A stretch of DNA of 64,000 bases from an uncultured Solirubrobacteraceae bacterium (lineage in GTDB: Bacteria > Actinomycetota > Thermoleophilia > Solirubrobacterales > Solirubrobacteraceae): assembly GCA_963760785.1 (NCBI GenBank), contig CAVXEL010000001.1, positions 219,866 to 283,865 of the forward strand, written 5' to 3'. The notes under the pieces were generated by a model. That model made no database searches. It saw only the letters and a list, made by a program, of their open reading frames with translations, and had not been told where the DNA came from. Of this stretch, positions 52,703-64,000 are shown piece after piece (position 1 is the stretch's first letter; the number at the start of each line of letters is the position of its first letter). Position numbers and translations under genes: made by a program.

Positions 52703-52737
52703 GGCGCGCAGTCAAACAGGCGCGCCGGACAGCAGGC

Positions 52738-54347
52738 TCACGCCGCCGACGCTGCGTCCGGGCCGCTCACCCCGACGAGCTGTCCCGAGCCGCATTCGCT
52801 CGCCTTGACGTCCTCCTGGCGCCGGTTTCGGATCAGCGCCGCGCCCACCAGGCCACCCAGCGCGACCAGCGCGGCCGCGATCGCCATGCCCAGGTGGAAT
52901 GCGTGCAGCGAGGCCGCTTCGCGCCGCCGAGGAGACCACATGCGCCTGGCGCGGGAGGGACGCCCTGCACCGCGGGGCGGCCCAGGGGCAGGCGCTTGGC
53001 CTCGGCCACCGCCGCCCGCGCACGCGGGCCGAGCGCGACGCCGGCCAGGCGGCTGTCCATCGAGGCGGCGAACGAGGCGGCGATCGCCGCGCCCACCGAC
53101 GCGGTGCCCAGCAGGCCGGCCACGCGCGCGATCGCGTTGTTGACGCCCGAGGCGATCCCCGCCTGCGTGCTCGGCGCCGGCCAGCACCGCGGCCGTCAGC
53201 GGCGCGACCGTCATCGAGAGGCCCAGCGAGAAGATCAGCAGCGCGCGGAAGCACTTCGGTCGGGTAGTCCAGCTTCGTCCCCGTCGCGCTGGAACAGCAG
53301 CAGCCCGACCGCCGCGATCAGCGGCCCGGCGCCCATGAAGAGGCGCGGCCCGTAGCGGTCGGCCAGCGCGCCGAAGCGACGGGACAGGACGAACATCACC
53401 AGCGTCACCGGCAGCGTTGCCAGGCCGCTCTTCAGCGGCGAGTAGCCGCCGATCTGCTGCAGGAACAGGATCAGGAAGAAGAACACGATCGAGAGGCCCG
53501 CGTACATCGCGAACGTCTCGACGTTGCCTGCGGCGAAGTTGCGGCGGCGGAACAGGCCCAGCGGCAGCATCGGATCGCTCGCGCGGGACTCGTACGCGAC
53601 GAACAGGCGCCAGCAGCACCACGCCGGCGACCAGCGGGACGATCACCGCCGGGCTCGACCAGCCCAGTCGCGGCTGCTCGATCAGCGCGAACACGGGCCC
53701 GCCCAGACCCGGCCGCGCAGAGCAGCGCGCCCGACACGTCGACCTTCCGGCGCCCCCGCCGCGCGGGGCGCGCGCGCGGGATGACGGTCAGGATCAGCAT
53801 CACGCAGCACGATCGCCAGCGGCACGTTGACCAGGAAGATCCAGCGCCACGAGCGCGATCGCCAGCAGCTCGCCGCCGGCAAGCGGCCCGACGCACTGCC
53901 GCGATCGCACCCCAGGCGGTCCAGCTGCCGATCGCCGCGCCCCGCTCGTCCTCGGGGAACGTGTTGACGATCACCGCCAGCGAGCTGGGCACGAGCAGCG
54001 CCCCCGCCATGCCCTGCAGCGCCCGGGCAGCCACCAGCACGCCGATGCTCGGGCGCCGCCGCGCACAGCAGTCGAGGCCGCGCCGAAGCCCGCCGACGCC
54101 GAGCGCGAACACGCGCCGCTCGCCGTAGAGGTCGCCCAGCGAGCCGCCGATCAGGATCAGCGAACCCAGCGTCAGCAGGTAGCCGTTCGACGACCCACTG
54201 CTGGCCCGCCAGGCCGCCGCCCAGCGCGCGCTGGATCGTCGGCAGCGCGACGTTGACGACCGTGCCGTCAAGCAGCACGATGCCCGAGCCGAGGATGCAC
54301 GCGATCAGGGTCAGGCGCTTGACCGAGTCCGGGCTGCGGGCTGGCAT
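52738..54347 (-). CDS. MFS transporter, DHA2 family (frameshifted)
   Basis: LLDGTVVNVALP, GSLGDLYGERR, WRWIFLVNVP, GALADRYGPR. Confidence 0.88.
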
Positions 54348-54522
54348 GGCCGCTACGTTATCCCGCGCCCAGGGGCTCTCTCATCCTGCGCCCGGCGGCT
54401 CTCTGCGCGGCCTCGCCGCCGACGCCGTCGCGGGTCTGCAGGGCGCCCTCGACCTCGACTCTCATGAGCGACTTCAGGAATCCTTTCTGTGAAGACGCTT
54501 GGCTGTGCGGGGCTAGAGTCGC

Positions 54523-55997
54523 GTGCTCCCGACCTCACCCGACGCGACCTCCTGAGGCTCGCCGGCCGCGGCGCGGCCGGCCTCGCGCTGGCCGGCGCGC
54601 GCCGGCGAGCTGGTCTCCCGCGCCGTCGCATCGAGCGCCTCGCCGCGACCGCCCACGACGCCCTCCTGGATCACCAGGCCCGACCTGCGCCTTCCCGCGC
54701 TCGACCGTCATCCGGCTCGACCCGGGCCAGCGAGGACCCGATCTTCATCGCGCCATACAACGCACCCGAACGCGCAGGCCGGCGCGGTGATCGTGGACCG
54801 CCTAGGGCGAGGCCGCTGTGGGAGAACCCGCTGCGCGGGCAGCGTGACGACCAACTTCCAGGTCCAGAGCTATCGCGGCAGCCCCGTGCTCACCTGGTGG
54901 GAGGGCGAACATCGAGCTCGGCCACGGGGTCGGCGAGTACGTCATCGCCGACACCGCCTATCGCGACCGTGCGGCGCGTGCAGGCCGCCGGCGGGCTGCG
55001 CGGCGACCTGCACGAGTTCGTCATCACCCCGCGCGACACGCGCGCTGCTGACCAGCTACATCGTTCGCAACGCCGACCTGCGCGCCGTCGGCGGCCCGCG
55101 CGAGGGCACGATCCAGGACGCCGTCTTCCAGGAGATCGACCTCGCCACCGGCAGGCTGCTGCTCGAGTGGCACAGCCTCGACCACGTGCCCGCTCGACGA
55201 GTCCTACGCGCCCGTCACGCCCGACTGGGACTACTTCCACATCAACTCCGTCGACCTCGACGGCGACGGCAACCTGCTCGTGTCGGCTCGCGCAGCACGC
55301 ACACCGTCTACAAGCTCGCCGCGGCAGCGGCGACGATCGTCTGGCGCCTGGGCGGGCACGCGCAGCGACTTCCAGCTCGGGCCCGGCGACGAGCTTCGCC
55401 TGGCAGCACGACGCCCGGCGCCACGCGCGACGGCACGCTCACCGCTGTTCGACAACGGCGCCAGCGCCCGACGTCGAGAAGCTGTCGCGCGGGCTGGTCC
55501 TCGACCTCGACGAGGGCCGATGACCGCGTCCCTGGTCGGCCAGTACACCCACGCCGGGCGTGCTCTCCGGCAGCCAGGGCAGCGTGCAGCAGCTCGCCGA
55601 GCGGCAACGTCTTCGTCGGCTGGGGCGAAGTCCCGCGCGTCTCGGAGTTCACGCCCTCCGGGCGGCTGGTGTTCGACGCGCTGCTCGGCAGCTCTACGAG
55701 TCCTACCGCGCCTTCCGCCTGCCCTGGACGGGCACAGCCGGCCGAGCTGCCCGCGATCGCCGCGCCGGCGCGGCGACGCAGACCGTCCACGCGAGCTGGA
55801 ACGGGTCGACCGAGGCGCGCTCCTGGCGGCTGCTGGCCGGCGAGGACCCGGCCCGCCTGGCCGTGCGCTCGCAAGCGCCATCCGCCGGGTTCGAGACGGC
55901 GCTCTCCGCCGCGGGCGCGGGACCGTTCCTCGCGGTGCAGGCGCTCGACGGCCGGCATCGCCCGCTCGCCCGGTCGGCCGTGCTCTCACTCGCCTAG
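54523..55997 (+). CDS. Arylsulfotransferase (ASST) family protein with Tat-like signal (frameshifted; start approximate)
   Basis: LTRRDLLRL; PVLTWWEG, DLHEF, DYFHINSVD, WQHDAR, FDNGA, SQGSVQ, YRAFRLPW. Confidence 0.85.
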
Positions 55998-56037
55998 CCC
56001 GCCACCGCGGTCGGTCGTGAGAGCGTCCCGCCCGCAG

Positions 56038-57217
56038 TCAGGCAGCGGCCGGCCGCGCCGCGGCGGGCAGGCCGCCGCAGACCATGTTGCGACCCCCGCG
56101 CTTGGCCTCGTAGAGCGCGCGAATCGGCCTGCCCGCAGACCTCCGCGTAGTCGAAGGCGTGGTCGCGCTCGGAGGCCGATACGCCGAAGCTCATCGTCAC
56201 GCGCAGCCCGCCCCCGACCGTGTCGGCCTGCACGCCCTTCGCGCAGGCGCTCGGCCATCGCGGCCGACTGCTCGAGGTCGGCGCCGGGCAGCAGCACCAG
56301 GAACTCCTCGCCGCCGATCCGGTAGGCGAGGTCGAAGGCCCGCAGCTGCTTGCGCAGCAGGTAGGCGACGTCCTGCAGCACCGCGTCGCCCGTGGCGTGG
56401 CCGAAGGAGTCGTTGACCTGCTTGAAGTGGTCGATGTCGCCCACGATCAGTCCCACCGGCTGTCCGGTCCGCTCGGACTGGTGAGCCAGCTCGAAGGTGC
56501 GGTCCTTCAGCGAGTTGCGGTTGAGCATCCCCGTCAGCGGGTCGATCACCGCTTCGCTGCGGTGGATCACGTCGGACTTCATCAGCGCCGTGGAGAGGAT
56601 CGCCACCGCGATCGTCAGTGCCAGCGGCATGATCAGCAGCGGCGGCCTCGAGATCACCGCCTGCGCGTCGACGCCGAAGGCGACCGCCGCCATCATCACG
56701 ACCGTCACGCCCAGCCCGAGGATCACGCCGCGCGTCGGGAAGCGCGCGGAGAGCGTCACGATCGGGATCGCCAGCCACGCCAGCGCCGGGGAGCTGCGGC
56801 CCGCCCGTCAGCACGCACGGCGATCAGCGATCATCACCTGCGATCCGACCCAGGCGCGCGAACAGCACGTACTCGGGGTGGCTGACCCGCGCCACGAGGG
56901 CGTCGGCCGCCCTGAAGCAGCACCCGGCGCCGGCCAGCAGCGCGACCGTCCACCAGCCCAGCCACGGCCCGCACAGCAGCAGCGCGACGGCCATCACCGC
57001 GAAGGACTTGCGCCGCACCGGCGCGATCAGGCCGGTCCATGTCGAGCATCCGCTCGCGGTCCATCACGTCGCCCAGCAGCCACGAGCCGGCCGTCGTGTC
57101 GTGCCCGCCCGCCATCGCCGTCCCACGCGGAGCCTCCGCGCGCTCGGCGACCGGGACCTCTTCCACGCTCGGCGGCGCGATCGGCTGTGGCAACGCGGTG
57201 GCGGCGAGCTCACTCAT
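56038..57217 (-). CDS. Membrane-bound diguanylate cyclase (frameshifted; end approximate)
   Basis: TM region; [28 protein letters not shown]-site, RIGGEEF. Confidence 0.9.
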
Positions 57218-57338
57218 ACGGGTGAGGCATCGACGGCCGCTAGCACAATCAGAAACAGAGAGTGCGCCGATAGACAAAAAGGCAATCGGGCCCGTCGAAC
57301 CCCTCCGGAAACCGCGGCGGGCGGGCCCGGCGGGAAGC

Positions 57339-58379
57339 TCAGCCCAGGACCAGCTCGGCCGCGTCGCGCAGCGTGGCGGCGTCGCCTGAGATCAGCAGCG
57401 TGGTCACGATCGACTCGCGCCAGCGCTCCAGGTCGTCGCGGATCTTCGCGCGCGGGCCGATCAACGACATGTCCTCGATCAGCTTGCGGGGCACCTTAGC
57501 CGCCGCCTCGTCCTTCTTGCCCGCCAGATAGAGCTCGGCGATCTCGTCGACCTCGGCCTCGTAGCCCATGCGGATCGCGACGTTCGCGTGGAAGTTGGTT
57601 CCTTTCGCGCCCATCCCGCCGAAGTACAGCGCGTAGAACGGCCGCAGCGCGTCGGCCGCCGCGTCGATGTCCTCCGAGACGATCAGGGGGACCGTCGCGT
57701 TGACCTCGAAGTCCGCCGCGGTGCGGCGCGCGCCGGGCCTCGAGAACCCTTCCTGCAGGTAGGAGGCGTACACGTCCTGCTGCTCGGGGGCGAACAGCAT
57801 CGCCAGCCAGCCGTCGCACAGCTCCGCGCAGAGCGCGATGTTCCGGGGGCCCTCGGCGCCGAGGAAGATCGGGATGTTCTCGCGCAGGGGGTGGATCGAG
57901 GACTTCAGCGGCTTCGCCAGGCCGGTGCCTCCGGGCAGCGGCAGCTTGTAGTGATCGCCGTCCGCCGTGACAGGCCCCTTGCGCGCCCAGATGTCGCGCA
58001 GGATCCCGATGTACTCCGCGTCCTGCGCCAGCGGCTTGGCGAACGGCATCCCGTACCAGCCCTCGACCACCTGCGGGCCCGAGACGCCGAGCCCGAGGAT
58101 GAACCGGCCGCCCGACAGGATGTCCATCGTCATCGCAGCCATCGCTGTCGCCGCCGGCTGACGCGCCGACATCTGCACGATCGCCGTGCCCAGCTTCAGG
58201 CGCTCCGTCGATGCGCCCCACCAGGCCAACGGCGTCAGGCAGTCCGAGCCGTAGGCCTCGGCCGTCCAGATCGAGTCGAAGCCCAGCCGCTCCGCCTCGG
58301 CGATCGACTCCTGCACGCCGGGCGGCGGCCCGCCCGCCCAGTAGCCGGTGTTCAGCCCCAGCTTCAGCTCTCCGGCCAT
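57339..58379 (-). CDS. LLM-class (probably F420-dependent) oxidoreductase
   Basis: FDSIWTAEAYGSD, SGGRFILGLGVSGPQVVEGW, GAEGPRN. Confidence 0.92.
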   Translation of the reverse strand: MAGELKLGLNTGYWAGGPPPGVQESIAEAERLGFDSIWTAEAYGSDCLTPLAWWGASTERLKLGTAIVQMSARQPAATAMAAMTMDILSGGRFILGLGVSGPQVVEGWYGMPFAKPLAQDAEYIGILRDIWARKGPVTADGDHYKLPLPGGTGLAKPLKSSIHPLRENIPIFLGAEGPRNIALCAELCDGWLAMLFAPEQQDVYASYLQEGFSRPGARRTAADFEVNATVPLIVSEDIDAAADALRPFYALYFGGMGAKGTNFHANVAIRMGYEAEVDEIAELYLAGKKDEAAAKVPRKLIEDMSLIGPRAKIRDDLERWRESIVTTLLISGDAATLRDAAELVLG

Positions 58380-58420
58380 CGGTGCCGGACTATAGTGTCG
58401 ACCCCGAGCGAGGAGGAGAG

Positions 58421-60423
58421 ATGGCTGTAACCGTTGGGGTGCTCAGCGACGCGCGTCGCCGTACGCTGGAGGCTGTCTGCGACACCTTCGCGCCGTCGCT
58501 CTCAGGCGGCGAGGGCGCGGCCCAGGAGAGCCTTCTACGCGCGCGTCGCGCCTCCGATCTGGGCGTGCCGGCCCAGATCGAGGGCCTGCTCGCCCAGACC
58601 GCCCTGCCCGAGGAGATCGAGGCGCTCGGGCAGCTGCTCGACGCGTTCGCCGCCGCAGGGCTTCGACGGAGCTGCCGCTGCGGGCGCGGACGGAGCTGCT
58701 GCACGCCATCGCCGACGCCGAGTCCCGAGGCCAAGCTCGGGGTCAGGCAGCTGCGCGCGCATGACGTTCCTGTTCTTCTACGGCCTGCCCGACGAGGACG
58801 GGCGCAACCCGAACTGGGAGGCGATCGGCTACCCCGGCCCGCTGTCCGCGCCGCCCTCGCCCGAGCAGGCGCCGAAGACGATCGCGCGTCGAGCGTGATC
58901 TCCGGCGAGACGGCGACGCTCAGCGCCGACGTCTGCGTCGTCGGCTCGGGCGCCGGCGGCGGCGTGATCGCCGCCGAGCTGGCCCGCGCGCGGGCGCTCG
59001 GTCGTCGTGCTCGAGATGGGCCAGTACCGCAACGAGTCCGACTTCAAGCAGCTCGAGCTGCCGGGCATGTTCGAGCTGTACCTGGGCGGCGGGCTGGCCG
59101 CCTCGGAGGACGGCTCGATCGCGATCCTCGCCGGCTCGACGCTGGGCGGCGGGACGGTCGTGAACTACATGAACTGCATCCGCACGCCCCAGCGCGATCC
59201 GCGAGGAGTGGGCGGCGCTGGGCGTCGAGGGGATCGACCAGCCCGACTACGAGCGGCACATCGACGCGGTCTGGGAGCGGCTCGGGGTCAACGACACGGC
59301 GACCTCCCAGAACCGCACCCACAAACGGCTGATCGCCGCCTGCGAGGCGCTCGGCTACCCGCACCGCCCGCTGACCCGCAACGCGGACACGTCCTGCGAG
59401 GACCCGCGGCACCTGCGGCTACTGCTACGCGGGCTGCCAGAGCGGGCTGCAAGCAGTCGACGATGAAGACCTTCCTGCAGGACGCCGCCGACGCCGGCGC
59501 GCGCTTCGTGGTGGGCGCCCGCGCCGAGCGGATCCTGACGCCGACGGCGCGCGGCCGGCGTGCTGGCGACCGTCACGCACGCCGACGGCTCGACGCACGA
59601 CGCTCGACGGTGCGACGCGCCGACCGTCGTCGTCGCCGCCGGCGCGATCGAGTCGCCGGCGCTGCTGCTGCGCTCGGGCATCGGCGGCCCCGCCGGCGGG
59701 CCGTCACCTGCGCCTGCACCCGGCGGCGCTCGTCGGCGGCGTCTACGAGCAGCCGATCGAGGGCTGGATCGGCCAGATCCAGTCGGCCCTCTCGGACCAG
59801 TTCAAGCAGCTGCGAGGGCGAGCTGGGGCTTCCTGATCGAGGCGACGACCGTCGCCCCGGCGATCGTCGCGATGTCGCTGCCGTGGGAGGACGGCGAGGC
59901 GCACAAGGCGACGCTGGCGCAGCCTGCGCGCACATCGCGCCGTTCATCTCGGTCGCCCGCGACCACGGCGAGGGCCAGGTCGTGATCGACGAGCACGGCC
60001 GCGCGCGTCACGCGCTGGTCGTTCGCGGACGAGCTCGACGCGAGCATGTTCCGCCGCGCGATGGTCGAGCTGGCGAAGCTCCAGCGCGCGGCCGGCGCGA
60101 GGGAGATCATCACCTTCTACCAGCGGCCCGCGCTCAGCTGGCGCGAGGGCGAGGACTTCGACGCGTTCCTCGCCGAGATCGAGCAGGGCTCGCTGGCCAG
60201 CCAACGACATCGCCGCCTTCACCGCCCACCAGATGGGCTCGTGCCGGATGGGCTCGGACCCCGCGGAGTCGGTCGCCGACGGGCGCGGCGAGCTGCACGA
60301 CACGCAGCGGCGTGTGGATCGGCGACGCCTCGGCGTTCCCGACCGCGCCGGGGGTCAACCCGATGATCTCGATCATGTCGCTCGCGCACCGCACCGGCGG
60401 CGAACATCCTCGCCGGCGGCTAG
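58421..60423 (+). CDS. GMC-family oxidoreductase, long-chain alcohol oxidase-like (frameshifted)
   Basis: AGGAGG RBS; VVGSGAGGG, GSTLGGGTVVN, AGAIESPALLLRSG, AHQMGSCRMG, DASAFPTAPGVNPM. Confidence 0.9.
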
Positions 60424-60454
60424 CCGGCCCGTCGGCGTCGGCGGAAGAGCGCAG

Positions 60455-61140
60455 CTAGTCGCTCGACGCAGCGCCAGCGTGAAGCCGTCGTAGCCCTTGC
60501 TGCCGACGGTCTGGATCGTGGTCGCGCTGACCCGAGGCTCCCCGCGCCGCGGCGAGCAGTCGAGGAAGCGGCGCATGCCCTGGGCGCCCGCATCGGCGCT
60601 GTCGGGGTCGGCGAGCTCGCCGTCGCGGACGACGTTGTCGATGAGGATCAGCCTGCCCGGCCGCGTCAGCTCCAGCGCGAAGCGCGAAGTACTCGGGCGT
60701 GCCGCTGCTTGTCGGCGTCGATGAAGACCAGGTCGAACGGCCCGGCATCCTCGGCGCGCAGCGCGCGCAGGCGAGTCGAGCGCCGGCCCGACCCGGATTT
60801 CGACGAGGCTCGGAGAGGCCGGCCCGGCTCGACGTTCTCGGCCGCGACCCGCGCGTAGCCGGGGTCGAGCTCCAGCGAGATCAGGCGGCCGCCGCCGGCG
60901 GCAGCGCCCGGGCCATCCAGATCGTGCTGTAGCCCCCAGCGTGCCGAGCTCGAGGATGCTGCGCGCCCCGTGGATGCGCAGCGAGCAGGTGCAGCAGCTT
61001 GCCCTGGTTGGGCGTGACCGCGATCGGCGGCAGTCCCGCCTCGGCGCTGGCCGCGAGCGCGCCGCTCGAGCACCGGGTCGCGGGCCGATCAGCAGGCCGG
61101 CCGTGTACTCGTCGACGGCGTTCCAGCGCTCCCAGCTCAT
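60455..61140 (-). CDS. O-methyltransferase (frameshifted)
   Basis: VTPNQGKLL, ILELGTLG, FDLVFIDADK, IDNVVRDG, GSKGYDGF. Confidence 0.9.
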
Positions 61141-61801
61141 GGCCGGTCCGCGCCTGTCGTCCTGCTCGCGGGCTGATCAGCGCGACGCGGCATCGCGAGG
61201 CCGGCGGAGCGCGCAGCGTCGAGATCCGCCGCCCCGGCTGCACCGCGGCGCGGGCCTCGCCGGCGTGCGGGCGACATCTGCGGCCGTGCGGTCGAGGTCG
61301 TCGACGAGCAGCGCAAGCCCCCAGAAGCGCGCGGGGCGGTCAGCGCCGCCCGTGCGCGACCGACGACATCCTCGGGCTCCTGGACCAGCTCGAGGATCTC
61401 CCTGGCCGAGGCGGAAGAAGGCCTGGCGCGGCGCGCCCGCCGGGGTCGGCTCCTCGCGCACCCGGCGCAGGTCCAGCCCCGCCGCCTGCAGCGCCGCGAC
61501 TGCTGCGCTCGAAGTCGGGGGAGACCGCGACGACGTGGTCGATCGAGAGCACCCCGTTGGGATGCGCCAGCGCCGGCGGGGGCAGCGGGGCGGTCGGAGA
61601 TCGTCGTGGGCAGGCCGTCGAGCTCCGCGCCGGCCAGCTCCCGCAGCGACCAGCGCGAGCATGCCCTCCGCCGCTCTGCGCGCCCGCCAGGCGCAGGCGC
61701 ACGCCCGCCGAGCTGGCAGACGTCCCGCTGCACCGCGAAGCCCAGCGCCGCCCAGCGCGTCGGGATCGTCGGCGATGCGTGATCTCGTCGATCGTCGGCA
61801 T
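61137..61801 (-). CDS. VOC/glyoxalase-like protein (frameshifted; end approximate)
   Basis: HPNGVLSIDHVV, RQAFFRLG, ILELVQ, FWGLALLVDDLD. Confidence 0.75.
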
Positions 61802-61877
61802 CCGGCGTGGACCTGCCTTTCCCGGAGCGGCACTCCCCGCCGGGGTCCGCCGGGCGGCCGCTAGAACTAGTGCAGGC

Positions 61878-63354
61878 GTGAACGGTACAACCCAGCTCAG
61901 CGACCGCCGGCGGCTGACGATCCTGGCGATCTGCTGCATGAGCCTGCTGATCGTGGCGATGGACAACACGATCGTCAACGTCGCCCTGCCCTCGATCCGC
62001 CGCGAACTGCACGCGTCGCTGTCGGGCCTGCAGTGGACGATCGACGCCTACACGCATCGTGCTGGCCAGCCTGCTGCTGCTGGCCGGATCGACCGGCGAC
62101 CGCCTCGGCCGCAGGCGCATATTCCAGATCGGACTGCTGGTGTTCGCCGCGGGCTCGCTGCTCGTGCAGCCTCGCGCCCACCCTGGGCTGGCTGATCGCG
62201 GCGCGCGCGCTGCAGGCCGTCGGCGGCTCGATGCTGAACCCGGTCGCCATGTCGATCATCACCAACGTCTTCACCGAGCCGCGTGAACGTGCTCGCGCGA
62301 TCGGCGCGTGGGGCGCCGTGGTCGGCATCAGCCTGGCGCTCGGCCCGATCGTCGGCGGCGCGCTCACCGAGACGGTCGGCTGGCGGGCGATCTTCTGGAT
62401 CAACGTGCCGATCGGCCTGGCCGCGGTCGTCCTGAGCGCGCTGTTCGTGCCCGAATCCCGCGGCGCGCGCCCGCGCCGGGTCGACCCCGTCGGCCAGGTG
62501 CTCGTGATCCTCGCGCTCGCGTCAGCCTGACCTACGGGATCATCGAGGCGCCCAGCGCCGGGTGGCTCTCGGCGCAGACGCATCGGCCTGTTCGCGCTGT
62601 CTCGGGCCTCTCGCTGGCCGGTCTGGTCGCCTACGAGCTGCGCCGCGGCCGATCCGCTGATCGAGCCTCGCTTCTTCCGCAGCGCCCCTTTCTCCGGAGC
62701 CACGTTGATCGCGGTCTGCGCCTTCGCCGGCTTCAGCGGCTTCCTGTTCCTGAACACCCTCTATCTGCAGGACGTGCGCGGCTACTCGGCCCTGCAGGCC
62801 GGGCTGTGCACGCTGCCGATGGCCGTCCTGGCGATGGCCTTCTCGCCGCTGTCGGGGCGGCTGGTCAGCGGTCGCGGGCCGCGCACCGCGCTCGTCTTCG
62901 CCGGCGCTGTGCATGCTCGCCGCGGCGAGCATGCTGACCGGGCTGACCGCGGCGACGCCGCTGTACCTGCTGTTCGTCTCCTATGCGATCTTCGGAGCCG
63001 GCTTCGGCGCGGTCAACCCGCCGATCACCTACACGGCCGTCTCGGGGATGCCCGACAGCCAGGCCGGCGTCGCCGCGGCGGTGGCCTCGACCAGCCGCCA
63101 GGTCGGCCAGACGCTTGGGGTCGCCCTGACCGGCTCGATCCTCGGCACCGGCGCGGCCTCCGCCGCCGGCGCCGGGACTGGCGTCGGCCAGCCACGCCGC
63201 CTGGTGGCTGATCGCCGGCTGCGGCGGCGCCGTGCTCGCCTTGGGCGTGGCCAGCACCGGCGCCTGGGCCCGGCGCACCGCCCGACGCGCCAGCGTCGAG
63301 CCGCCCGCCCCGGCACGGCCCCTGGAGCCGCTGATCGGCGAGCGCGCGGCCTAG
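61878..63354 (+). CDS. MFS transporter, DHA2 family (frameshifted)
   Basis: MDNTIVNVALP, GDRLGRRR, LGPIVGG, WRAIFWINVPIG. Confidence 0.9.
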
Positions 63355-63363
63355 GATGGTCTG

Positions 63364-63706
63364 ATGAGCGCAGATCCCCCGAACGATCCGAACCAACTCG
63401 CCATGAGCCGGGAGAAGACGCATCCGGGGGGAACCCGCGACGAGCCGGACCACGACGCCGCGCACCCCGCGCTGATGGTGGCCCTGCGCTACGTGCTGCC
63501 CGCCACCGTCGTGATCGCCGGCCTGGTCGTGATGGCCCTGGGCGGCGAAAGCAGACCTCGAGGGCGGCGGCGGAATCGTCAGCGCCGGCCTGGCGATCTT
63601 CTTCATCAACTGGCTCTTCAGGGCCGGCGCCAGCGGCGATCGAGAGCGCGAGGCCGAGGACCGCGCCCGGGAGTACTTCGACCGGCACGGCCACTGGCCC
63701 GATTGA
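63364..63706 (+). CDS. Small hypothetical two-TM protein (one indel)
   Basis: LRYVLPATVVIAG...INWLFRAG...EDRAREYFDRHGHWPD across two frames. Confidence 0.65.
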
Positions 63707-63868
63707 CCTAGCCGACGCACGGAGGCGGATCTCCCCGTCCCGACAGCGCCGGCGCGCTTGCGACAGGTGCTCATCGCGGCGCGGCCTGGTTTCTCCACCC
63801 GTCCAAGGCGGAGCGCTCCGTCCCCGAGGAGAATCTCGACGTGAGCTCGGGCGTGGAGACAGGCGCCG

Positions 63869-64000
63869 ATGGCCGACTACCGCCCGCAGGCGCCCTTCCT
63901 GGATGAGCTGTTCGAGCCCGACGGGTCGCCACGCCCGACCGCCTGCAGCTGATCGAGCAGCTGCAGCGGCTCGGGCGGGACGGGCTGGCCGAGGCCGGCA
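63869..64000 (+). CDS. Probable circularly permuted type-2 ATP-grasp protein (N-terminal fragment)
   Basis: MADYRPQAPFLDELFEPDGSPRP resembles the family's N-terminal DE-F---G-PR pattern; only ~44 codons visible. Confidence 0.5.

Overview
A very GC-rich actinobacterial chromosome segment. Gene content and style suggest Thermoleophilia/Solirubrobacterales (inference). Housekeeping and metabolic genes include rpsA, polA, malic enzyme, folP, glpD, pntAB, PduO, clpP, lon, MFS transporters, a GGDEF protein, an LLM enzyme and a GMC oxidase. Many genes at ~5.6-13.8 kb, ~22.4-26.9 kb and ~52.4-63.6 kb carry small indels that look like long-read consensus errors. Most notable: (1) a cobalamin-riboswitch operon with three secreted DUF4430-like proteins and an ECF S-component apparently fused to an alpha/alpha barrel, resembling a split transcobalamin; (2) an intact, translationally coupled Gram-positive-type T4SS cluster with no relaxase, coupling protein or integrase in the window, near an orphan ECF-like sigma factor; (3) a two-gene cassette of a patatin and a large protein with a CorA-like 2TM end, a candidate defence system; (4) a Rho homologue with an apparently dead ATPase/translocase domain; (5) a 40-bp repeat found inside two coding regions; (6) several candidate operators. 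No tRNA, rRNA, CRISPR array or transposase was seen.
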